NCBI GenBank assembly: GCA_964016885.1
Contig: OZ024740.1
Location: 305,350,001 to 305,414,000, forward strand
Length of the DNA: 64,000 bases
Source: Eledone cirrhosa
Lineage: Eukaryota
Direction: 5' to 3'
The position numbers were made by a program, and so were the translations under genes. Every line of letters begins with the position of its first letter. Position 1 is the stretch's first letter. Shown piece by piece: positions 12,561 through 24,615 of the stretch. Under the pieces are notes generated by a model. It worked only from the letters and a program-made list of their open reading frames with translations, was not told the DNA's origin and searched no databases.

Positions 12561-13194
12561 ACTCACAATGATTAATATTCCATTACTAGCATTGCACTCT
12601 TATGGTCATTGTTGAAGCTGGATGGGATAAGATTTCTTTATGTAGAGATGTAATTCCTGATTATCCTAATATCAGGATTTTATGGCTATAATATAAATGT
12701 CTTGCTTAATCCAAGTTAAAGTACTCTCGTTATGCCTTTGACACAACAGTAGAATCCTCTCAACCCTTTGTTTGGTAAGGATGCCCTTCCTATCACCAAC
12801 CACTTTACAGCATGTAGTGGGTGTGTTTATCATGTAGATCACCAAAACTAGGGAGATTGCCATGTTCTTGACACAACTGAAGGGTCTTCCCAACCCTTGA
12901 TTTATTTAAAGGATGAGGTGCAAGACCGAGAAGATTAATATGGTTGATGTTCAAATTGAACTCTTGTATGGTGATATCAGTGGGAAAAAACTGAAAATAC
13001 TCCAACACAAACATTGATGGAACTAAAATATTTCCTCACTAGCCATAAAAACCATATCGAAATGAAATTATAAAAAAACTCACTAAACATCACACCAGTT
13101 CTGAACAAACCGTAGAACATAAAATATTTGGTAATGGTTGTGATCATACGACAAAAGTTGTATAGGGATATAGGTAAAAATAATATGCTGTAGC

Positions 13195-14095
13195 ATCATT
13201 ACCGTTTAACGTCCATTTTTCTATGCTAGCATGGGTTAGATGGGTTGTCCAGTTATGAGACAAGCCAAGTCAGATGACCATGTCTTGCTCATACAGAACT
13301 GGCTTTGGCTTGGTTTCTATGGCTAGGCATCCTTCCTAACACTAGCCACATTTATAGTGTGTTAGGTGTTTTTTGTTGGGACACTTACAAGATCACTTTA
13401 CAGTGAGGGCTGGACACTTTTTGTTGTGACACCTACACAACCACTTTATAGTGTGGACTTGGGGTACTGAGGTGGGGATTAGTAGTACATCTAGGGATGA
13501 GGGAGAGGGACGTGGACAAAAGGAGGTGTATGGAAGGTAGTGTTACAAGATGTATGCTTCAACCCGTGCACATGGGAAGGCGGGTCTTCAATCTTTGCAG
13601 GACCTCAGCACACAGAGCCGAAGTCTCATTGCCATGCAACATTGCTGTTTGTATACACACATATCAGACAATCTGCCCTTCATTTTGAGGGGAAAACCTT
13701 TTGTGGTTAGCAGTAATAGTAGCTTCCTGAACTTTCTCCATCCTGTTCTCACTCTGGCTACAGTACTTTCAGAACACCCAACTCCACTGATTATTTGATC
13801 ACCCAGGTAACAGAAACTATCAACTACTTCTACTGAGCCCTCTGGACATTTAAAGGAGAAAGTATCCTGTGGGATCTTGCTACTTACTGCACCTGTGCAA
13901 CGACCATATAAAACCTACATTCTTGGGGTATGGGATGGAATTTCTATCTACTCCTTTCCTGTAAATTGAGCAAGGCCAGAATTTGGGCCCTGTTATCCTT
14001 TCTACATACTAAAATGTTGGTCTTTGGCAAGTTGACTTTAAGACCTTTAGATCCTAGGCCTTGCTTGCAGGTTTGGAATTTCTACTCTAGATCTG
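13195..14095 (-). mobile_element. RTE LINE fragment plus 3' UTR module
   Basis: Homologous to 9966-11270. Confidence 0.8.
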
Positions 14096-14574
14096 CCAAA
14101 ATTATTAATTATTTCTATACTAAGATAGTAACTTAATGTAAGGTTCATATATAATATTATGTTGGAAGATTTTAATTTAAACTGGAAACCTTTAAAATGA
14201 GTGGTTTTATTTCATAGAACCAAAGGTGGTTTTGAGCAGGTTGGTAACTAAAGGGTTAACTGCTACTTATTTCATGCCCTTGAAAGATAAAAAGCAAAGC
14301 TGATCTTTGTGGAGCTTTTACTGAGAACAAGTAGTAGTATGAGTGACTTGAAATTTTGACATGTGACAGCAAAATCCTTGAAATGTCAAAGTTGTAAGAG
14401 TGTTGGATTGCCTTGTGTTGTTTGTTTGTTTTCTGAACTTTTAGTTCAAATATTTGCCTTTTATCCTCTTATGGTTGATAAATAAAACTGTCAGTCTAGG
14501 CCAATGGATTGGCAGAATTGTTTGCAGTATCTGTTCTGGACATTCTGAGTTCAAATCTCACCTCTTGACACCAG

Positions 14575-15110
14575 AAAAATGGTGGCATGATGAGATTGAG
14601 ACCCCCTATCATTAAAATATCCAAGAAACCTCCTCACTCCTACAAATTATTATCCTTTTACATACATTTCCCACATCTCAAAAGTGGAGACTGTTAACAA
14701 CCACATTCTTGAACACCTTAAATCCTTCTCCCTCATCACTGACCACCAATACAGCTTTTGCAGGCCTATTTACCTGTCACTTGCTAATGGTACTTCATGT
14801 TTGAGAAATTTAGAAAAAGGAATTTTATTGTACTTGACAATAGCAAATCATTTCATCAAATCAGGTACATAAATCTTCTAGCTAAACTGCCATACAGACT
14901 CTATCTAACTTTCATCTCTTGGATTGGAAGCTTTTTGTAAGATCACATCTTAGCAGTATGTGATGAAATCTTCTTTCCGACCCACATTGCAAACTGCAGT
15001 GTGCCCTAAGGTTCAGTTATGTCTCCCATACTCCACACTCTTCCTTCTACAATTAACCACCTACTTGTTGCCATGCCCAATGACACTGCTATGCAAATGA
15101 TATAATCTAT
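14575..15110 (+). mobile_element. Highly degenerate non-LTR RT fragment (Jockey/CR1-like)
   Basis: HLKSFSLITDHQYSF, gtgccctaaggttca (PQG with a stop) and tatgcaaatgat (YADD-like). Confidence 0.6.
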
Positions 15111-16213
15111 ATATATTTAAAATATTCTCCAATGAATTCATATCAAACGTTGTCTCTTTCTATAGTGCAATGATAACCACTGCACGCACGAAGGAAACAT
15201 TCTTTTACTGTAGTTACGGACAACATAGAAAACCTTCAAATGACTACAATTGCTAAATTTTACAAACACTAATGATAATGATCATCAACATCGTTTTCAC
15301 ATGCTTGCATGACACAACATAGCAAAACTGGTATCCAAATGACTAGCCTTCCTCTTCATCTCCTAACAATTCTTTCGGTTTTACTCAATTCTTTACAAGA
15401 ATTAAGTAAAACCGATAATGGCATACTGCTCCTACACCTGGGACAGTATACTCTCGGGTCTCAAATAATCATTGTCATCAATCCTCCACCCCCTGCTTAT
15501 TAATTTTTCAGATTTTTTCCAACCCGCTGTTCTTATTCCACCACCCCTCCAACTTATTAAATTTTGCTAATCTATCTCTGTAGCATTCCTGCAACAATAT
15601 TCTTTAGACATTCAAAAAACATTATACATGACAAAAAAGTACATTACTAGAAATCTCATACATTTGGGGTTTCAATATGTATACATTTGGGGTTTCAATA
15701 TGTAAACTAAAAGACAAATTCTGTCTCCTTGTTCTGCCTTTCTACCACTACTAGAATGCTCTCTGCTCCTCGGATCAAGTTGGTCTCATTCCATCTCCAT
15801 CCATGCCCTCATAACTCACCTGCCTCTCATCACTCATACAGTGTCTATAGCCCTGACCTAGTATTAATCTCTATAACCAATCCTTTCTAGCTAGGATGCC
15901 TTCCCGTTAGAATCACATACCAGCAGTCACTGACTTGCAGTTATTGAAGAACATCAATCACAACAATGTCATTCATCTTCAATGCCGTGCAAAGCATAGA
16001 TACAGTTCTTCCTCCAAACCATGCCATTAAAAAAACAACAAAAATACAGCAACAATACCAGTATACAAAATATAAAACAAATTCTTTTCAGACTTTAATT
16101 TTATCACAAGAAATATATACAAAATTTCACTTGAACGTGAAATTGTCATTTATTCATCAATGGCTGGCTGTAGAAGTGAGTGTGGGGGTATATGCTATAT
16201 ATATATATATATA

Positions 16214-16306
16214 TCACAACTTAACACTGTCAACAGGATCTAATTTATCTTGTTCTAGTTTGGCTTTAAATTTTAAATAGTCTCTTCTTCGATCAAAATA
16301 CTTCAC
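16214..16306 (-). CDS. COA6: Cytochrome c oxidase assembly factor 6, exon 3 (terminal)
   Basis: ttcag| acceptor on minus. VKYFDRRRDYLKFKAKLEQDKLDPVDSVKL* matches the COA6 'KYFDxRRDYLKFK' motif. AATAAA on minus near 16150. Confidence 0.92.
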   Translation of the reverse strand: MKYFDRRRDYLKFKAKLEQDKLDPVDSVKL

Positions 16307-16814
16307 CTGAAATTTCAGAAATATAAAGCAAATTTTTAAAATACATACATTATAATTTTTAGAATACATACTTTATAGCACCATTTTCCTCAGCATGGGT
16401 GGTGAAAATTTACATAATAGTTGAAGCATATAGAAATATATTGGTATAGAAATATTTTGGGGAAGGGGAAGTTGATTAAATCGATTCCAGTGTATTACTG
16501 GGACTTTATTTTATCGACCCCATGATGGGGATGAAGGCAAAGTTAACCTTTGTGGGATTTGAACTCGGGGCGTAACCCTATGCCAAAAAGCATGTTGTCC
16601 GATGCGCCACTGATACTGCCAATCCACCACCCTAGCATATAGAAATATATTGAATGCAGATCTTATTACTAAACATTGAGAGTAATAGCTATTTTCAATG
16701 AAATAGACCTAATCAATTAGAGTTAAATACCTTGGTTAAGGGGCACAGCATATTCGCTATATCAAGGGGTCTCAAATATTAATTCACATATCTCACTATC
16801 ATGTGCGTATTCAT

Positions 16815-17133
16815 TTCATTCTACGTCCGCTTTTTCCCAGCTTGCAAGGGTGGGATGGGAACTGATTCTGGCTTGATTTCTACAGCTGGATGCCCTTCCT
16901 AACACCAACCTCATTTACAGTGAGTGCTGGGTTCTTTTTTGCCGTGGCACGACCACATTGCAGTGGAATGATAGGGACCCCTGTCCCTATCATCTCATTT
17001 CTACAGCTGAGTAAACTGGAGCAATGTGAAATAAAGTGTCTTGCTCAAGGAAACAACACATCACCCGGTCTGAGAATTGAACTCACAACCTTTCGATTGC
17101 AAGGCCAATGGTCTAACCACTAAGCCATGTGCC
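16815..17133 (-). mobile_element. Full-length composite tRNA-SINE (tRNA head, CORE-like region, AGGAAGGGCATCCAGC domain, RTE-like tail); second copy at 34384-34686 (+)
   Basis: On minus: A box TGGCTTAGTGG, B box GTTCAATTC and ccttgagcaagacact. Near-identical to the 34384 copy. The head is partly duplicated at 17138-17168. Confidence 0.85.
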
Positions 17134-17745
17134 TCCATTGCAAGGAAATGGTCTAACCACTAAGCCATTTGATGATAGGCTGCTATTTATTTTATTTTCA
17201 ACTGTATTGCAGATTACTATTACAATCAGCACCACCACCACCCCATTCACACACACCTCATCTCCTTTTTGGCCTACTGTGCCGCTTACATCAGTTATTG
17301 TGTTGGCTCTAGTTTGCCTGACTAAATACAAACCAACCCTACCAGCATTGCTAATAGTTAAACCATCCCAATCATGTAACTATGGGAAAATAAATGTAAA
17401 ACAAGCAGGAAAAAACAGGATGATGATGAGGAGGGGGATATATTATCATCATCATTTAATGTCCACTTTCGCTGCGAACATGAGTTGGATGGATCATTAC
17501 AGACCCTGACTACTCAGATAGGCTGGGGTCCACTCCTTGCTTATGATCCTTACATTCTACAGAATGAACTGGGTGTATTCGATCAAGGTACTGCACTAGG
17601 GAGGTCGTCATGTCTTTGACACAACTGAGGAGTCCTTTCAACCCTTTTTTTTTTTTTGTATAGCTAGATGCCCTTTTTATCACCAAATACTTTAAATACA
17701 TTTTATTGTCACAAATAAAGGGGCTGTTGTGTCCTTCAATATAAT

Positions 17746-17931
17746 TGTTTCTACTTTTGGCACAAGGCCAGCAATTACCCAGTGCATTACTGGTACTTTA
17801 TTTTATCGACCCCGTAAGGATGAAAGGCAAAGTTAACCTCGGCAGGATTTGAACTCAGAATGGCAAGGGCCGTAACTCTATGCGTCAAAGCATGGCGTCC
17901 GACCCTCTACCGATACTGCCAGTCCACCGCC
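17746..17931 (-). mobile_element. Young full-length Meta-like SINE
   Basis: 18-bp TSD tgtgtccttcaatataat at 17728-17745 and 17939-17956. Confidence 0.9.
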
Positions 17932-18169
17932 ATATATATGTGTCCTTCAATATAATGATATTAGGTGTTGAGACAATACAAAATATTTTCAGTTTCCTTC
18001 CTATTCACAGATGATAAATTACTTTAACAAAATTATGTGTGATTATACAAATATATATCAGAATAATTATCATGCCTTAGTTTTAAAAAATCATAGAATT
18101 TCGATGTCCAGTTAATCTTATATACATTAAAATATATCAATCTTAATATCATTATTATACACATATATA

Positions 18170-18356
18170 GGGCGGTGGATTGGCAGTATCGGTAGAGGGT
18201 CGGACGCCATGCTTTGACGCATAGAGTTACGGTCCTTGCCATTCTGAGTTCAAATCCTGCCGAGGTTAACTTTGCCTTTCATCCTTACGGGGTCGATAAA
18301 ATAAAGTACCAGTAATGCACTGGGTAATTGCTGGCCTTGTGCCTAAAGTAGAAACA
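18170..18356 (+). mobile_element. Young full-length Meta-like SINE, inverted relative to 17746-17931
   Basis: 19-bp TSD attattatacacatatata at 18151-18169 and 18357-18375. Confidence 0.9.
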
Positions 18357-19998
18357 ATTATTATACACATATATATATAAATAGACACAGACATGTATAT
18401 GGTTAAGTGCTTTGCAACCATGTAATTTTGTGTTCTATCCTACAGAGTGGTACCTATAGTTTAGACTTATACCCTATCCTTGGACCAATCAATGCCTTGT
18501 GAGTAAAATTGGTCAACAGAAAGTGTACAAAGCCTGTCATACATACATATAAATGTGTACGTGTGTGTGTATTCACAATCATTTTTATTTGCAATGATAT
18601 CCAACAAGGTGTCCAACATCTTCCACTGCACTGCCAATCCTACTAATCTAAATATGTTGGACTTATAGAACCCCTAAAAAAGGAGTAGAATGGCTTCAAC
18701 TGAAATCGCAACATTAAACTTCCATCAGAGCAATCACAGCCACAGCTTATTAGATGGATCTGATAGTTTGTTCCCAAGGTGGCATAATACAATAAGCGGT
18801 TGTAGCGAATTATTTATCCTAGAGTAAGAAAGGGTGGAAGTTCAAGGAGTTGTAACGAGTGTTGGTAACCAAAGGGTTCTTGTGAGAAAGGCAGCCAGTA
18901 TTTAATGATGTTGCATAGAGAAATGAAAGAAATATGATCAATTAGATGAGTAATGTTAACTTACATGAAAGGGGGAAGTATAAGTAAATTGAGAAAGAGC
19001 AGCTGAGTATTAAAAGCATTAGGTGAAGTTGTGATGATATAAACATGTAATGGAAATGGTCAATGTGTGCTTTGTGAAAAAGTCCCATATACTGTTGATG
19101 TAGAGTACCCATGAAGGAGAAAGGTCAAGAAGTACCATGTACTATTTATTGTTGAAGAGTACCCATGGGGGAGAAATGTCAAGGGAAACACAGGGAGATG
19201 TGATCAGGCCAAATCCCAGGAGTGTTTGAGGACTGCCCCCAACAACACTCAGGAATAAATTGGAAGAAGAAGAAAAAGGACTAACTGAACATCTAGAAAA
19301 CTCTTAGGATAGTTTTTAAAGAAACATATTCTATTGATATGTCATTAACTCTTAACATCCTGTAATGATTTAGCAAATATCTAGAAACAAGATTCCTAAT
19401 TCAAATGTTTATAGTATCTTTACTTGTGGAAACTTGCAATATTAGAGTAATGACTTCAATTTTTAATATGATACAATCATAGTGTTATTTTCTACTTTTC
19501 AAGCATGTCTTGCTAATACAGTTCAAAGACATTAAGAATATCTTGAATTTAGTGAAACATGCCTACATAAGGAGCATTAAGGTGGTTGGTGTTAGGAAGA
19601 GCATCCAGCTGTAAAAAAAAAACAGCGAAAATGCAATTCCATTTCAGTAAAGTATGGTGCAGCCAAATGGCCTGACTTGCCTCATAATGTGGATGACCCA
19701 TCTAACCCATGCAAGCATAGAAAATAAGGTGTTAAACGGAGATGATGATGATATCAAGAGTGTTTTCATTTTTTCAACTGTTTTTAACACTTGATAAGGA
19801 ATAGACAGCATTAGTACAGAATGTAGATTAGTTGTTGATTGCCAAAGGAGAGAGGGGTGGCCTTAAGGGAAGTGTATAATGTTTGATGGCCTTGTGGGGT
19901 GTACCCAGCTTTCCAAGCATGCATGGTTGAACAAGGAGGGAATTCAGGGATAAATTTGGAGGTGCAGAAATTATAGAAATTATATATAATTTACTGAC

Positions 19999-20157
19999 CC
20001 AAGTTTTAGAACAGCTCTCCTCAAAAGATTTACGCACAGCTTGGCAATTTAAGGGAGTTGCTTCATTTCCATCTAAGCATGTCCAGAACATATCCCTAGC
20101 AGCCCAACATTTTTGTCGTTCAGATTGAGTAGGTGCTCTGGATTTTGAAGAGTCTGC
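19999..20157 (-). CDS. COA6: COA6 exon 2
   Basis: tttag| acceptor, |gtcagt donor, 159 nt. ADSSKSRAPTQSERQKCWAARDMFWTCLDGNEATPLNCQAVRKSFEESCSKTW contains the CX9C-Xn-CX10C COX6B/COA6 motif. Confidence 0.93.
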
Positions 20158-20318
20158 CTAAAAATTATAAATTTCTCACTTATAATAAACTATTAAATAG
20201 ATGACAACAGAAAAACAATTTAATAATTAAAGGAAATATATTTGGAATGCAGCAAGCGAAGTTTTAGAATAGAAATAGAAGCGTTGTCATATTACTGATA
20301 TCCATCTTTTTTCAACTA

Positions 20319-20474
20319 CAGTGAAATTCAAGTATAACGAAATTCACAGGGTGTGAAAAAAAATTATTTATAACTAGATCGACCTAACACATCAAGCATG
20401 TGGCCGGGAATTGAAAAAAATGTTGTTATACTGAAAAATTTGTTATAGTATTCGTTATAACAAAATTTTACCTG
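20319..20474. mobile_element. Tigger/pogo-like MITE
   Basis: TA|CAGTGAAATTCAAGTATAACGAA ... TTCGTTATAACAAAATTTTACCTG|TA imperfect TIRs. Confidence 0.6.
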
Positions 20475-21916
20475 TATATAATTTAGTCAATGTTGCAACG
20501 GCTCTTCAATTTCTATTTCAATTTTAAATTCAATAATTGTAATTTAATATTAAAAGGTGTTTACAAGTATTAAAATAAAAAGATGGTAACCTTAACCTTT
20601 TTTTAGTAAGACTATATTTCTTCCTATTACTGATATTATGCAATCAACTACTTTCTGTTTTGTGATTGTCAGTAAGCAAACAGGATCTTCTACCTGCTTC
20701 GCTAAATGAGGAAAGTATGTAGACACAGAAAAGACCAAAGGCAAATATTCCAAGGCATATGAACTCCATTCTAGAACTATATTCTTCTTTTTGTGTATGA
20801 GTTGGTCTCAAATTGTTGTCATTCACCTGATCGAGATCAGAGCTCAGTGACCAGTTTGCAGGGCACACCATGAGGAGGTTGATAAAATTGGGCGCCAGAA
20901 CTACAGTGAACCATATTATGGAAGCACCTTCATTGTTCAAGCCAATGAGGCAACCTTTATGTGGTAATTCAACTTGCTAGAATTAGCAACCAAATCTTCA
21001 AATAACACCCTAGCATCTTAAATAATGAAGAATACATTGGACAATATAGTCTCTGTTATACAAACATGGAATGTTCATAGATTTGTTGTTCAATTAGGGT
21101 TAACAACAACAACTTTCTTTGAGAGTCACAACTCTTGGTGTTTTTATTATTTCCACTAACACAGGACAAACTGAATGTTATTCTGAACTGCACCAGTTAG
21201 TAACCTCACCCACTAGAATTCCTAACTCACCAAATTTCCACAAACCTTTCACCACTTTCTTACCTCAAAAACCAACCTTTAAACGGGTATCACTGTCTCT
21301 GCTTCTATCAAACCACTGCCTAAATCAAGACAACACACCTTACATCTTCCCATTACACATCTACCAGCAAAGTACATTAAATCAGTTCAGGAGTTATCTT
21401 CTCTTAGCAACAATTAAGCTTTGCCTTTGAACCATCTGAGTCTTCTAAGCAGATGATCTATACCAGGCATGGGCAACCTTTTTTGAGCAGTGGACTACAG
21501 AGAATGTGGCTCTACATAAGGCAGGCCACACTACTAAAAAATTGAAATTAGTCGTGCCATTCAGAAAGCCAAAAGGCCGCAGTTTGCCAGTGACTGATCT
21601 GTCCCTTCACACAACTGAAACCAGGGGTACATTAGTTATATTAAAACAATGTCAGTGCAGTCCCTCTATTTCTATATATCTATATTCATCACTCATAGTT
21701 TTGTCAACTAAGTAAAATATTTTTTGCCAAGGAGGTTTAACAAGACTGAAACATGTCTGATGCTTTCATTAAGAAATTGACTCCAGTCTACATTGTCTGT
21801 GTGGTTTCAAATTTCCGATCAACTGATCTTATAATAGTTAGTTCCCTTGCTTGTTATTTTTCTTTATTATATTATATATAATGACACCGAGTACCTGCTG
21901 TCTTCATTATAACTTT

Positions 21917-22322
21917 AATCCCGCCGAGGTTAACTTTGCCTTTCATCCTTACGGGGTCGATAAAATAAAGTACCAGTAATGTACTGGGTAATTGCTGGCC
22001 TTGTGCCAAAAGTAGAAACAATTATATTATATATAATGAATAAATAAGCATAGTTTAATACATTATTTAATTGATTTACAGGTGTTTCTTTCAAATACAG
22101 AAGGAAGTAGCATTTTATTCCTCTGCATTGATTTCTTCAGAATTATTAAATAATTGTTTCTACTTTTTGGCACAAGGCCAGCAATTATACCAGTACATTA
22201 CTGGTACTTTATTTTATCGACCCCGTAAAGATGAAAGGCCAAATTTGAACTCAGACCGTAAATGGCCGTACCTATGCTGCACAGCATGGCGTCCGACCTT
22301 CTACAGATACTGCCAATCCACC
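21917..22322. mobile_element. Tail-to-tail pair of Meta-like SINEs (21917-22020 +, about 22150-22322 -)
   Basis: Shared core and tail. The first copy has a 19-bp TSD attatattatatataatga (21866-21884 and 22021-22039). Confidence 0.85.
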
Positions 22323-23443
22323 CAATCTTACTGTGGATAATAAAATCACATTCGAACTTTGAATATCTCTCTGCCTTAAATAGTTGTATTATCAACTCAT
22401 CAAATCTACTTTATATACGTGTGTGTGTTAAAACACTTCAAGGAGGAGCTTTCGTTAACTAATTACTTGGATATTTTCAGTGGATCAAAGTTTTTCAACT
22501 AATTGATGTTATGTTGAGCATGTAGAGAAGGGGAGATCACTGAGATGAGACTTAATCAACGAAATATTTTATCATAATTCATTCCACTTATTTTTATATT
22601 TTCAGGGTTGTATAATGTTGATTATTTTCTGTTGACATATGACATATTTCTAGACAAAGCAAGTTTTAAAAAATATAAACAAAAAATTTATATTAGAAAA
22701 TTATCATTAATAGTTTTCGGTTTAGCAAGTAAACAAGTCATTGAGGTTAAAAGGTTGTTGAGAATATTCTATATTGATATTTTTTACTCGTTATTTTGAA
22801 TAGGAAGGACAGTATGAATAGTTATTCTAGATTAGAGATCTCTACAAGAAGGGCCCTATTAAAGTGTTTTATATATATATATATTTTTTTTTTTTTCACT
22901 TATATTTATTTCATGCTTGCTGATGTGAACATCATCTCTTTTCCGATTTTAAAAATGTAAAAAGCGATAACATATTGGCGTACATCGACTATTAAAAAAA
23001 AGAACGGTAAACAAAAATTTCCCAAGTAACTTGAAGGACAATACCTATTTTACTTCCAGTTTATCTTATGTAATCTAACCACGCCTAGCTTGACCATTTA
23101 AAATTTCACGTATATAAATACTGAGATTTGCCTGGAATACTAGAGAGAAGAGAGTGTTTGACTTAACTGAATTAGTAGCAAACTTTGATACATTCCACCA
23201 AATGTAATTAAATATAATAATAATTACTAGATATTTCTTATGAAAACTTAACATGCCGAAAATATATTTACTAACATGCTTTAATATTGATAAATAAAAT
23301 CGCTCTATTTCTCTCAGCTAATATAATTAGGGGTATAAATTATTGTGAAAATAAAAGATTTAAAGTAAATTATTTGTAAATAAAGCTAAAATCTTCTAAA
23401 TAATGTAAATAAATATTATAAATATGAGAGAAGTTAAACTTAC

Positions 23444-23458
23444 AGTAGAGTCTGACAT
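23444..23458 (-). CDS. COA6: COA6 exon 1 (MSDST)
   Basis: ccgccgccATG with strong Kozak context, 15 nt, then |gtaagt. Phase 0 fits exon 2. Confidence 0.8.
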
Positions 23459-23892
23459 GGCGGCGGAATACAAGTCGACCACTTTTCATACCGGAAATGA
23501 CTACACACTAAAAATAGATAAGACGTACATACTAGAGCCTTAATTTTTAAATTGTTATTATTTGATGTGCCTTTATAATTGAAATAACATGTTTTATTAC
23601 ACATTAGGATGTCTATCTTTTCTCGTTGGTAATTAAATGTGATTTATTAAAAATAGCGTAGTAATCTAATAACGTAGTCCACTACGCATGTCAACTGGTA
23701 CTTGAAAGTAATATGGTATTTTCTCAACATGTCTTAACGCAAGGTCTGCTCCCCTTTTAACCTGTTCTACCAAAATACTTTTGCTTGTTATGATTACAAA
23801 CGTTTGCTGTGATTAGATTTTGCCTTATAAGTCTATATATACAGTTATTAACATTTTATCTAAATCGTCGTCCTTTGTATTTTCTCAATGAA
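23459..23892. promoter_or_regulatory. Bidirectional promoter shared by COA6 and NAA30
   Basis: About 434 bp between divergent ATGs with no recognisable transposon. ETS-like CCGGAA (23491) next to GACTACA, YY1-like ATGGCGG over the COA6 start, and palindrome CGTAGT-cc-ACTACG near 23673-23686. Confidence 0.7.
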
Positions 23893-24615
23893 ATGGAAAA
23901 TAGTGGCCTTAGCTTAGGTTGCTGTGAAGAGGAGAAGACCTATGCGTCCCAGCTGGACTCGGCACATGGAGCCACTGCTTGGGGCAGTAATCAAATGAAC
24001 TTATCGGAACCGAACAACTTGTCCACAATCACTAAAGATCATCAAGTCGTATCTACTACTACCAAAATTATCGAACGAGCCGGAATCAAAGAAAACACAT
24101 TACCAAATGGCAAGATAAAACACAGAACAGATGAAAATGGACTGATTAACCATGTCTTATCTGATGGTTTACTCGGCCCTAACGATGAAGAGGAATATGC
24201 TTGTTGTACTTTAAATAGTGTTAGTTGTAATCCTGATTGCAGTCATAATGAAAGCGACACGGGCATTTTGTCTTGTCAGTCCAGGGTAGAAGAGATTAAA
24301 TCGTCACGCGACCATGGCGACAACCCTTCCAATCGACAAGAGGTTATGGACAGTATAAATAAACAACTGAATAACCTTAACATTTCTAAGGACAACACAT
24401 CTACTGTTGCCATATCTTCGGGACCTGAGACGGCAGTTGTAGATGATGCACGTGCTAATAATGTCGCTACAGAAAGCCAACTGGAGTATCGCGTTTACGA
24501 ATGTGAACTCCAGATGGCCGATATTATGCGATTGATTACCAAGGATCTTTCTGAACCTTATTCGATATATACTTACCGATATTTCATTCACAACTGGCCA
24601 AAATTGTGCTTCCTG
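23893..24615 (+). CDS. NAA30: N-alpha-acetyltransferase 30 (NatC catalytic subunit), exon 1
   Basis: gaaATGg start and a long low-complexity N-terminus, then [31 protein letters not shown] (NAA30/MAK3 hallmark). |gtgagt donor. Confidence 0.93.

Noticed and set aside
17070-17133. tRNA genes at A/B-box sequences
   Set aside because: All continue into SINE bodies and lack a proper acceptor stem and terminator.
19828-19998. Read-through extension of the COA6 exon 2 ORF
   Set aside because: It runs past the gtcagt donor into the intron. The conserved C-terminus is in exon 16214-16306.
20644-20940. Coding-looking segment in COA6 intron 1 (also 45200-45590)
   Set aside because: No recognisable motif or consistent splice sites. 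It cannot be assigned without a search.
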